Part shown: piece by piece, positions 1-10,475 of the stretch
How positions within the stretch are numbered: position 1 is the stretch's first letter
Layout of the letters: each line of letters begins with the position of its first letter
From: Macrostomum lignano
Lineage: Eukaryota
Reading direction: 5' to 3'
Length of the DNA: 64,000 nucleotides
Assembly: GCA_002269645.1 (NCBI GenBank)
Contig: NIVC01000671.1
Coordinates: 1-64,000 of the forward strand
The notes under the pieces: generated by a model
Database searches by the model: none
Told to the model about the DNA's origin: nothing
Seen by the model: only the letters and a program-made list of their open reading frames with translations
Position numbers and translations under genes: made by a program

Positions 1-1509
1 AATACCCTTTGGTGATAGCAATTTTGTTTTTTTTTTTTTTTTAAAATAATTTTCTGCAATGGTTAAGTATTGCTTTATTTAATTTTGCTTATTTACAATT
101 CCAGAGTTGCAATCTTTTGAATTTATATGTTTTCCAATCCAATTCTAATTGTCTAGTGAAAATCTCTGCTTTTCTCATAGGGGCCTACTATAGTCAGCAT
201 TTTATGAAGATTCTCTATAGGTCTATGGTTTATGTGTCTGAATATTCTGGGACAATTCAAAATGATCTGCATAGAAAGAAAACTGTTAGTTTGATTTCTT
301 TTCCTACATATACTAATTTTTTGATGGAAATTTTCAAATATGAACACAATATAAATCTTAACAAAATAACTAAAAGCTGATATTATAAAGCACCTCCTGT
401 CACTAAAATGACTACTTATAAATTCTTATATTTTTTATCAAAATACAAATGAAAAATTTGTGTCTATAACAAAAGCAACTTGTCACCAAAATGACAGTAG
501 GCCTACCTACTAGATTGTAATATGCTTATAGCTTAGTTTAGGCCTAGGTATATATAGTAATTTAGTTAGACTAGAGAGAGTCTTACTTAGACTTAAATAT
601 TTACCAATTGTCATTAAAAGTTTAAAACAATATAATTTTACATATTAGATAAATCATAGATAGGTAATAGACTGTATCTCAATCTGATATTGCAACCATT
701 TTAATTTTGTTCCTATAGATCAAATATATAGTTTATAAGCATATCTAGACTGTTCTACATCTAATTTATTCCTTCTAAATGTTTTTTTCATAATATAAAC
801 TATTGCACTTTTTACTAAATTTAACATTTAAAAAATACAAAGTGCATACAAGTTAGCATGACCTTAAGAGATAATGTCTTTAATGCATGATCTCTGTATT
901 TGCATAGCATGATTATTAGTTTTTTAACAAAAGTTTCATAATTTAAATTCATGTAGAGTCTTCAAAGACCAGCAAAGAATTCAGCATGGCCACTTGTAAT
1001 GGTTCAAACCTGTCTCTACCAAAGGTAAATCTTCAAACATGTTAGGACTGATATTTGAAATTGATAAAATATGCCTCACATGATTTGTGAATGAATTCTA
1101 TATTATAGAGCAATATTGACTGATTTTTCTATTAAAAGCCCTCAATTTGGCATCTAAGCTAGACCAGCTTCTGACCTGAACTTGTGCACTTATATCTTTT
1201 CTAGAATTTTGACATCAATTATTTATTTAGATTTATTACATTATTTTGTGTCTGACTAAGTTTTCCTATATATTTAATACCAAAAACCTATTGTTACTGA
1301 ACTTTTTGCAGAGTTTAAAGGTATATTTTTGCACTAAATTTTTGGTGTGATAAATTTTAACAAATTTACTTTAATTATTAAAGCTCCCTCATGCAAGCTA
1401 ACTGGCTAAGGGAGATGCTGAAGTGGGTTTTTGGTGCAGAGTGCCTCATTGGTAGCCAGTGATCAGCTTGCATGTCACAGCAATCTGCAACTCTCCCTCA
1501 CCTGGCCAG

Positions 1510-4500
1510 GTCATCAATGATCCGATCCATGGCACCATCGAGTTGCACAAGTTCGCCGAGCTCATAATGGGCGCGCCGGAGTTCCAGCGGCTGCGACACC
1601 TCAAGCAGCTGGGCGTCACCTACCTGGTGTACCCGTCTGGCACCCACACCCGATTTGAGCACTCTGTTGGTGAGCATAGTGACTGGCTGAGCTGGCTGAG
1701 TGACTGGCTGAGCTGGCTGAGTGACTGGCTGAGCTGACTGAGTGACTGGCTGAGCTGGCTGAGTGACTGGCTGAGCTGGCTGAGTGACTGGCTGAGCTGG
1801 CTGAGTGACTGGCTCAGCTGGCGAAGTGCCTGTAGCTGAGCAGTGAGTGACTGGCTGAGCTGACGGAGTGCCTGGAGCTGAGCAGCGAGTGACTGGCTCA
1901 GCTGGCGAAGTGCCTGGAGCTGAGCAGCGAGTGACTGGCTGATCCGGCGGAGTGCCTGGAGCTGAGCAATGAGTGACTGGGTGATCTGGCGGAGTGCCTG
2001 GAGCTGAGCAGCGAGTGACTGGCTGAGCCGCACCCCTCCGATCACTTCAGCACATACCACCTGGCCTGGCAGCTCGCCAAGACTCTGAAGAGCCGCGCCA
2101 CGACCCTGGAGACGGAGCTGACGGACGACGAAGTTCTGTGCGTGGCGCTGGCCGGCCTCTGCCACGACCTGGGCCACGGGCCCTTCTCTCACCTGTGGGA
2201 GGTGCTGGTGAAGACGGGAGACAGGTTCGCAGACTATCACCATGAGGGCATGAGTGTCCAGCTGGTTGACAGAATCATTGACCAAGTCATCGGCTCCGGT
2301 CTGTCGGGCGCCGCGAGTTCGCCGACTTCATGCGGAGGCGGCACGAAGCCTCGGGCGGCACCAACCGGGAGCTCATCAAGCAGCTGATTCTGGGCGGGCC
2401 CGAGGATCAGGAGATCCCACCGGGGCGGCAGTTTCTGTATGAGGTGAGGGGGGCCTAGGCGGCAGATTCTGTATGAGGTGAGGGGGGCCTGGGAGGCAGA
2501 TTCTGTATCAGGTGAGGGGGGCCTGGGAGGCAGTTTCTGTATGAGGTGAGGGGGACCCTAGGAGGCAGATTCTGTATGAGGTGAGGGGGGCCTGGGAGGC
2601 AGATTCTGTATCAGGTGAGGGGGGCCTGGGATGCAGATTCTGTATGAGGTGAGGGGGCCTGGGAGGCAGTTTCTGTATGAGGTGAGGGGGCCTGGGAGGC
2701 AGATTCTGTATGAGGTGAGGGGGGCCTGGGAGGCAGTTTCTGTATGAGGTGAGGGGGCCTGGGAGGCAGATTCTGTATGAGGTGAGGGGGCCTGGGAGGC
2801 AGATTCTGTATGAGGTGAGGGGGGCCTGGGAGGCAGTTTCTGTATGAGGTGAGGGGGCCTGGGAGGCAGATTCTGTATGAGGTGAGGGGGGCCTGGGAGG
2901 CAGTTTCTGTATGAGGTGAGGGGGGCCTGGGAGGCAGATTCTGTATCAGGTGAGGGGGGCCTGGGAGGCAGTTTCTGTATGAGGTGAGGGGGACCCTAGG
3001 AGGCAGATTCTGTATGAGGTGAGGGGGGCCTGGGAGACAGATTCTGTATCAGGTGAGGGGGGCCTGGATGCAGATTCTGTATGAGGTGAGGGGGGCCTGG
3101 GAGGCAGATTCTGTATGAGGTGAGGGGGGCCTGGGAGGCAGTTTCTGTATGAGCAGCCGCACTGCAATCGCTTCCCACAGATCATCAGCAACAAGAGGAC
3201 CGGGTTCGACGTGGACAAGTGGGACTACATCAACAGGGACTCCTACTTCCTGGGCCTCAACAACAAGCTGGACTGCCAGCGACAGCTCGCCATGCTGCGG
3301 GTGCTGCCGTGCGGGCAGGGCCGCAACCTGCTGGTGATTCGCGACAAGCAGGTGCTGGAGTACATCCAGCTGCTGGTGGCCCGCAGGGTCAACCACTATG
3401 TTGGCTACCAGCACATCAAAGTGATCGGCTTTGAGAAGCTGTGAGCTGCTTTCTAATGCCTTTGATCTGTGGCCAGCACCTGTGGTCTGGCCTCAACTGC
3501 CACCCCAACTGCCACCCCAACTGCCACCCCAACTGCCACCTCAACTGCCACCCCAACTGCCACCTCAACTGCCACTCAATGCCACCCCAACTGCCCCCCA
3601 ACTACCACTCAATGCCACCCCAACTGCCACCCCAACTGCCACTCAATGCCACTCCAACTGCCATCTCATCTGCCACCCCAACTGCCACCCCAACTGCCAC
3701 TCAATGCCACCCCAACTGCCACCCCAACTGCCACCCCAACTGCCACTCAATGCCACCCCAACTGCCACCTCAACTGCCACCCCAACTGCCACCTCAACTG
3801 CCACCCCAACTACCACCCCAACTGCCACTCAATGCCACCCCAACTGCCACCCCAACTGCCACCCCAACTGCCACCCAACTGCCACCTCAACTGCCACCCC
3901 AACTGCCACCCCAACTGCCACCCCAACTGCCACCCCAACTGCCACTCAATGCCACCCCAACTGCCACCCCAACTGCCACTCAATGCCACCCCAGCTGCCA
4001 CCCCAACTGCCACTCAATGCCACCCCAGCTGCCACCCCAACTGCCACCCCAACTGCCACCCCAACTGCCACCCTGAACGCCACCGCAGCCTGGGCGACGC
4101 GCTGCAGGCGGGCCGCAGCTTCCTGGAGTCGCAGCCCGTGGAGTCAGTGAACCCGGACGCCCGCCGCTACCTGCTGGAGGCTTCCGGCTCCGTGGAGACG
4201 CTATGCTGGCTGACGGACGCCCGCCTGGAGCTGCTGCTGACGGAGCACTGCGGCCCGACGGCCCGGCACCTGATGCAGCGTCTGGTCACCCGCAAGATGT
4301 ACAGCCTCGTGGCCACGGCGCGGTTGGCCTTGAAGGACCCCGAGGACAAGCGGAAGTACGAATCGGCCATAAAGAAGGCGCGGGCATTCTCGGAGGACTG
4401 GAACAGGCGGAACCCGCAGGCCTCGGACTACAGCACCATTGCGGAGTTCCGCAAGATCGACTACGGCAGCGGGCTGAACCACCCGCTTGACGAGGTGTTC

Positions 4501-6293
4501 GCCTACTCCAAGCGGGGCTCAGCGGGCCAGCGCTGCAGCGAGAAGGACCTGCTGGTGAGCTGCCTACCCCTGAGATTCCCCAGGAGATTCCCCATAGATT
4601 CCTCCTCGATATTTGCCTCCGCACCAGATCTCTCCTGAGATTCCCCAGGATTTTCGCGGAGATTCTTTGAGGTTCCCCTGCCGATTCCCCTGGAGATTCA
4701 TCCTCGAGATTTCCCTTGGAGATTCCTTCTAGAGATTTCCTTGGAGATTCCTTCTCGAGATTTCCCTCGGAGATTCCTTCTCGACATTTCTCCCGAAATT
4801 CATTCTCAAGATTTCCCCGAAATCGACCGCCCCCCCCACCCAAGATTCCCCTGTAGATTGGTTTCAAAAGAATTTCCCTTCTGCATTTCCCCCATGCAGG
4901 ACATTCCCACATTGAAGCCAGCAGACAGTCCGGAGTGCGGGCTTTCATTTCCCATGGGCTCTCCCAGTGCCCTTGCTTCCTGTTAGAAGCAGAGAAGCTG
5001 CAGGCCGGCTCCCCCAAGCTGCGAAGCGGGCCGCGTCCTTCGCTCCCACGGTTCCCTCGAAACTTGATGCCCGGGCTGGCTCGGATCAGGGGCTGGGGTT
5101 TGACGCGGACCAGAGATGCCTGGCGCACCGCGGGAACGGAGCCAATAAGCCAGACGAGTTTCGCTTAATGCCTGTTGTTTTCGTCCGTTCGCTAAATATT
5201 GCAGTGAGGGTTTCTTTGCTAGCCAGTTTTCAATCCGACTCACTCCAACTAATTCCAATTAATCCAACACAATCCAGCTCACTCCAATTTAATCCAACTC
5301 CAATTTAATCCAACTCCAATTCAATCCAACTCACTCCAACTCAATCCAAATCACTCCAACTCAATTCAACTCACTCCAACTCAATTCAACTCACTCCAAC
5401 TCACTCCAGCTCACTCCAACTCAATCCAACTCACTCCAACTCAATCCGACTCACCCCAACTCACCCCAACTCACTCCAACTCACTCCAACTCACCCCAAC
5501 TCACTCCAACTCACTCCAACTCACCCCAACTCACTCCGACTCACTCCAACTCACTCCAACTCACCCCAACTCACTCCAACTCAATCCGACTCACCCCAAC
5601 TCACTCCAACTCAATCCGACTCACTCCAACTCACTCCAACTCACCCCAACTCACTCCAACTCACTCCAACTCAATCCGACTCACCCCAACTCACTCCAAC
5701 TCACCCCAACTCACTCCAACTCAATCCGACTCACTCCAACTCACTCCAACTCACCCCAACTCACTCCAACTCAATCCGACTCAATCCGACTCACTCCAAC
5801 TCAATCCGACTCACTCCAACTCACCCCAACTCACTCCAACTCAATCCGACTCACTCCAACTCAATCCGACTCACTCCAACTCACCCCAACTCACTCCGAC
5901 TCACCCCAACTCACTCCAACTCAATCCGACTCACTCCAACTCACTCCAACTCAATCCGACTCACTCCAACTCACCCCAACTCACTCCAACTCACCCCAAC
6001 TCACTCCAACTCACTCCAACTCACTCCAACTCAATCCGACTCACTCCAACTCACCCCAACTCACTCCGACTCACCCCAACTCACTCCAACTCAATCCGAC
6101 TCACTCCAACTCACTCCAACTCACCCCACCACAACCCTGGCCGCAGTTTCCGGACCTGCTGCTCTCCGCCATCCACGTGAGCATTGTGCGGCTGTACGAG
6201 CGGTCTCCAGGACAGGGGCGGCAGCGGCAGGAGGCGGAGCGGGAGTTTCTGAGTGGGCTGGCGGCCCTGGGCTTCATGAAGACGGTCGAGTGA
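1510..6293 (+). CDS. SAMHD1: SAMHD1-like HD-domain dNTP triphosphohydrolase, copy A (no SAM domain seen). Exons 1510-1669, 2051-2443, 3181-3440, 4089-4554, 6147-6293; possible first exon ~1391-1422. Carries apparent 1-nt deletions (error or pseudogene).
   Basis: Translated exons give [50 protein letters not shown] and a C-terminal VRLY. These match the SAMHD1 H-HD-D metal site and substrate residues. GT-AG junctions sit at the same positions as in copy B. Exon 2 is 160 nt versus 161 nt in copy B, and there is a frameshift near 2305-2313. Confidence 0.9.
1678..2027. repeat. Intronic minisatellite, ~21-bp unit GAGTGACTGGCTGAGCTGGCT grading into a ~42-bp variant
   Basis: Direct tandem copies visible in SAMHD1-A intron 1670-2050. 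Confidence 0.9.
2425..3153. repeat. Intronic minisatellite, 33-34-bp unit GCAGTTTCTGTATGAG|GTGAGGGGGGCCTGGGAG, ~21 copies, containing the exon end and splice donor
   Basis: The first unit overlaps the last ~16 nt of exon 2051-2443 and the GT at 2444. Confidence 0.95.
3491..4074. repeat. Intronic minisatellite, 12-bp CCCCAACTGCCA with variants
   Basis: Tandem copies; source of the PPQL/ATPT/CHPN ORFs. Confidence 0.95.
4569..4860. repeat. Degenerate GAGATTCCC-type tandem repeat
   Basis: Recurrent gagattccc/gagatttcc units in SAMHD1-A intron 5. Confidence 0.7.
5268..6127. repeat. Intronic 10-bp minisatellite CTCACTCCAA/CTCAATCCGA/CTCACCCCAA
   Basis: Tandem variant units running up to the acceptor at 6146. 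Confidence 0.95.
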
Positions 6294-7055
6294 AGCTGGC
6301 GGTGTGCGGGCGGGCCGCCAGAACAAAACGCACTGCTAAGTTGGCTCGGTGCCAAGGGTTTCGGGAATTGATAAAATTTTATTGCTGTTTTTAGCTTTGT
6401 TTGAATATTTATTAATGAAACTGGCTTTCAATTGACGCCACACGAGTTTCTGGTGCCGCTTGCCGCTTTATTGGTTCAAAGTTTGGTCCGCTCTTTTTTC
6501 CGCCTTCGCACCTGCTTATCCCATTTTTAGCACTGCTTTAACCCGCTTTCAGCTGTTGAATCGGTCCAGCTCCCGGATTCGCGTCTGGTTTATTTGATTT
6601 GTTTTACTGAGTTTTACCAACATTTTTTGTTTCGTGTTTTCCTGTACACAGCTGTTGCAAAACTTTTTCTGAAACAAAAGTACTTGTTGCTTGCTTGACT
6701 GATTTCAATTTTCCAACTGTTTTGATTTTTAGTCCCGATTATTACTGCTGATTTGCATATAGCACTACTTCAAGTAGCACTTCAAGTAGCAGATTTATTC
6801 CTAGATTCGGAACCAGCTTAGAAATTCAATAAATTTTGATTGACTTGCCGCATTCTTTTGGCTCAGGAAAATTCAATTTTAACCTACAATCGATTCGATT
6901 ATTGATGAGTAGCCAAATTAGTCAAAGCAACTGCGGAGCTCGGCCTTTGAGTTGATTTTTGTGTTGTCATTTTTAACTGCACTAGCTGAAGTGATTTGTG
7001 AAGTGCTGCTTTCAGTGGCTGAGCAGCTGCAAACACCTGCTGCCGCTGTACAGGC

Positions 7056-7617
7056 TTCACTCTTCATCTGCTCCGGTCACTCTGGCTATCACTCCCCTGG
7101 GCACTCTGGCTAGCACTCCCCCAGACACTCTTGCTAGCACTCCCTGGGCACTCTGGCTAGCACTCCCCAGTCACTCTGGCTAGCACTCCCCCAGACACTC
7201 TGGCTAGCACTCCCCTGGGCACCCTGGCTAGCACTCCCCCAGACACTCTGGCTAGCACTCCCTGGGCACTCTGGCTAGCACTCCCCAGTCACTCTGGCTA
7301 GCACTCCCCCAGACACTCTGGCTAGCACTCCCCAGTCTCTCTGGCTAGCACTCCCCCAGTCACTCTGGCTAGCACTCCCCCAGTCACTCTGGCTAGCACT
7401 CCCCCGGGCACTCTGGCTAGCCCTCCCCAGTCACTCTGGCTAGCACTCCCCCAGTCACTCTGGCTAGCACTCCCCGGGCACTCTGGCTAGCACTCCCCAG
7501 TCACTCTGGCTAGCACTCCCCAGTCACTCTGGCTAGCACTCCCCAGTCACTCTGGCTAGCACCCAGTCACTCTGGCTAGCACTCCCCAGACACTCTGGCT
7601 AGCACTCCTCAGTCACT
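7056..7617. repeat. Minisatellite, ~24-bp CACTCTGGCTAGCACTCCCCAGT
   Basis: Tandem copies between the two SAMHD1-like genes. Confidence 0.95.
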
Positions 7618-7913
7618 GAAGCGGGATGTGAAAAGACTGACTTGGCTTATTGTATTTTGGGCCAAAGTTCAAACAGGCCAGGGTTAGGGTCCCGGGTTGG
7701 AGATAATTATCCTGAGGTTTAAGTGAAGAAATGAATCGAATGTACTTCTGGTTTAACCACACGGTAGACAGTGCGAATAGCCATCCATTATCCTAAAGAC
7801 AGATTTTTGACAATGCAGTGACTGGAAGACCGGCAAATTGACAATTTTCTGCATTAAAAACAAATTCAATTAGTCTAAAAGAGCGAGTCGTTAGAATCCC
7901 CAGACTTGAGGAG

Positions 7914-8822
7914 TGGGTGACGGGGCAGCTGCAGGTCGCTGACTCTCGTGCACGGACAGCTGAAGCAGACTGGGTGACGGGGCAGCTGCAGGTCGCTGAC
8001 TCTCGTGCACGGACAGCTGAAGCAGACTGGGTGACGGGGCAGCTGCAGGTCTCTGACTCTCGTGCACGGACAGCTGAAGCAGACTGGGTGACGGGGCAGC
8101 TGCAGGTCTCTGACTCTCGTGCACGGACAGCTGAAGCAGACTGGGTGACGGGGCAGCTGCAGGTCTCTGACTCTCATGCACGGACAGCTGAAGCAGACTG
8201 GGTGACGGGGCAGCTGCAGGTCTGACTCTCGTGCACGGACAGCTGAAGCAGACTGGGTGACGGGGCAGCTGCAGGTCTCTGACTCTCATGCACGGACAGC
8301 TGAAGCAGACTGGGTGACGGGGCAGCTGCAGGTCTCTGACTCTCATGCACGGACAGCTGAAGCAGACTGGGTGACGGGGCAGCTGCAGGTCTCTGACTCT
8401 CGAGCACGGACAGCTGAAGCAGACTGGGTGACGGGGCAGCTGCAGGTCTCTGACTCTCGTGCACGGACAGCTGAAGCAGACTGGGTGACGGGGCAGCTGC
8501 AGGTCTCTGACTCTCATGCACGGACAGCTGAAGCAGACTGGGTGACGGGGCAGCTGCAGGTCTCTGACTCTCATGCACGGACAGCTGAAGCAGACTGGGT
8601 GACGGGGCAGCTGCAGGTCTCTGACTCTCATGCACGGACAGCTGAAGCAGACTGGGTGACGGGGCAGCTGCAGGTCTCTGACTCTCATGCACGGACAGCT
8701 GAAGCAGACTGGGTGACGGGGCAGCTGCAGGTCTCTGACTCTCGTGCACGGACAGCTGAAGCAGACTGGGTGACGGGGCAGCTGCAGGTCTCTGACTCTC
8801 GTGCACGGACAGCTGAAGCAGA
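7914..8822. repeat. 57-bp tandem repeat, ~16 copies (translates as WVTGQLQVSDSRARTAEAD on +)
   Basis: Period 57 measured (7921 to 7978); one 2-nt deletion near 8221. Confidence 0.95.
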
Positions 8823-9365
8823 CGCTACATCAGATTTTCTTAGAAATAAGCTGGAGGCAATGCAGCCAGGAAAATATTAAGTCCTGCCAAAAGCAAATAC
8901 AAAAGACAAAAAAGTTCAACTTGCAATGATGGTAAATTGTGCCTTATGATTTTGGAGGCAATCAATGATTGATTTTTAATAATTAATTAATTTATATTTA
9001 GCTTGAATAATTATCCGTTGCGTTGAATAATAAGCGCACCGTTGGGACAGTGCTGCTGTGTTCACTGTTCCCCCACTGTTTTTAAGCAGCAAGGGAATTA
9101 CAGGAAGTGAATGAGAACTGCAGACACATTTTGATGGCCAATAGAGGAAAACAAAAGGCGGAGTACGAATAAAGCAGACAAATTCGGACTATAAAATGAC
9201 TGCAACTAGTGATGCTGCTAACTAGCATATCATTTCTAGACGGAGTTGAATTTCATTTAGTTGAATAGCGGATGCTTATTGAATAGAAAGCACTTATATA
9301 GTGTACCACTAATTCCTTTTAGGCTTTTGGTTGAGTTTTTGGTTTTTTAATTGGGTAAATAAGCA

Positions 9366-10474
9366 TCAGCCTCACTAACAGCCTCACTGACAGCCTCACT
9401 AACAGCCTCACTGACAGCCTCACTAACAGCCTCACTGACAGCCTCACTAACAGCCTCACTGACAGCCTCACTAACAGCCTCACTGACAGCCTCACTAACA
9501 GCCTCACTGACAGCCTCACTAACAGCCTCACTGACAGCCTCACTAACAGCCTCACTGACAGCTTCACTAACAGCCTCACTAACAGCCTTACTGACAGCCT
9601 CACTGACAGCCTCATTAACAGCCTCATTGACAGCCTCACTAACAGCCTCACTAACAGCCTCACTGACAGCTTCACTAACAGCCTCACTAACAGCCTCACT
9701 AACAGCCTCACTGACAGCCTCACTAACAGCCTCACTGACAGCCTTACTAACAGCCTCACTGACAGCTTCACTAACAGCCTCACTAACAGCCTTACTGACA
9801 GCCTCACTGACAGCCTCATTAACAGCCTCACTGACAGCCTCACTAACAGCCTCACTAACAGCCTCACTGACAGCTTCACTAACAGCCTCACTAACAGCCT
9901 CACTAACAGCCTCACTGACAGCCTCACTAACAGCCTCACTGACAGCCTTACTAACAGCCTCACTGACAGCCTCACTGACAGCCTCACTAACAGCCTCACT
10001 GACAGCTTTACTGACAGCCTCACTGACAGCTTCACTAACAGCCTCACTAACAGCCTCACTAACAGCCTCACTAACAGCCTCACTAACAGCCTCACTGACA
10101 GCCTTTCTGACAGCCTCTCTAACAGCCTCACTAACAGCTTCACTAACAGCCTCACTAACAGCCTCACTAACAGCCTCACTAACAGCCTCACTAACAGCCT
10201 CACTGACAGCCTTACTGACAGCCTCTCTAACAGCCTCACTAACAGCTTCACTAACAGCCTCACTAACAGCCTCACTAACAGCCTCACTGACAGCCTCACT
10301 AACAGCCTCACTGACAGCTTCACTAACAGCCTCACTGACAGCCTCACTAACAGCCTCACTGACAGCTTCACTGACAGCTTCACTAACAGCCTCACTGACA
10401 GCTTCACTGACAGCCTCACTGACAGCCTCACTGACAGCCTCACTAACAGCCTCACTAACAGCCTCACTAACAGC
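9366..10474. repeat. 12-bp satellite CAGCCTCACT(A/G)A, ~90 copies, starting right after the SAMHD1-B stop codon
   Basis: Tandem copies; source of the EAVS/TASL/LVRL ORFs. Confidence 0.97.
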
Positions 10475-10475
10475 G

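Noticed and set aside
117-380. Short AT-rich ORFs (for example 117-380, 15429-15638, 39916-40257, 47483-47794, 50068-50250)
   Set aside because: No motifs, and composition differs from the GC-rich real exons; consistent with random ORFs.
3431-4150. Pro/Thr-rich mucin-like ORFs
   Set aside because: 12-bp intronic repeat bounded by valid GT (3441) and AG (4088) sites of SAMHD1-A.
4980-5170. GC-rich patch in SAMHD1-A intron 5 as an extra exon or nested gene
   Set aside because: No homology to SAMHD1 or copy B, and no convincing splice or phase fit.
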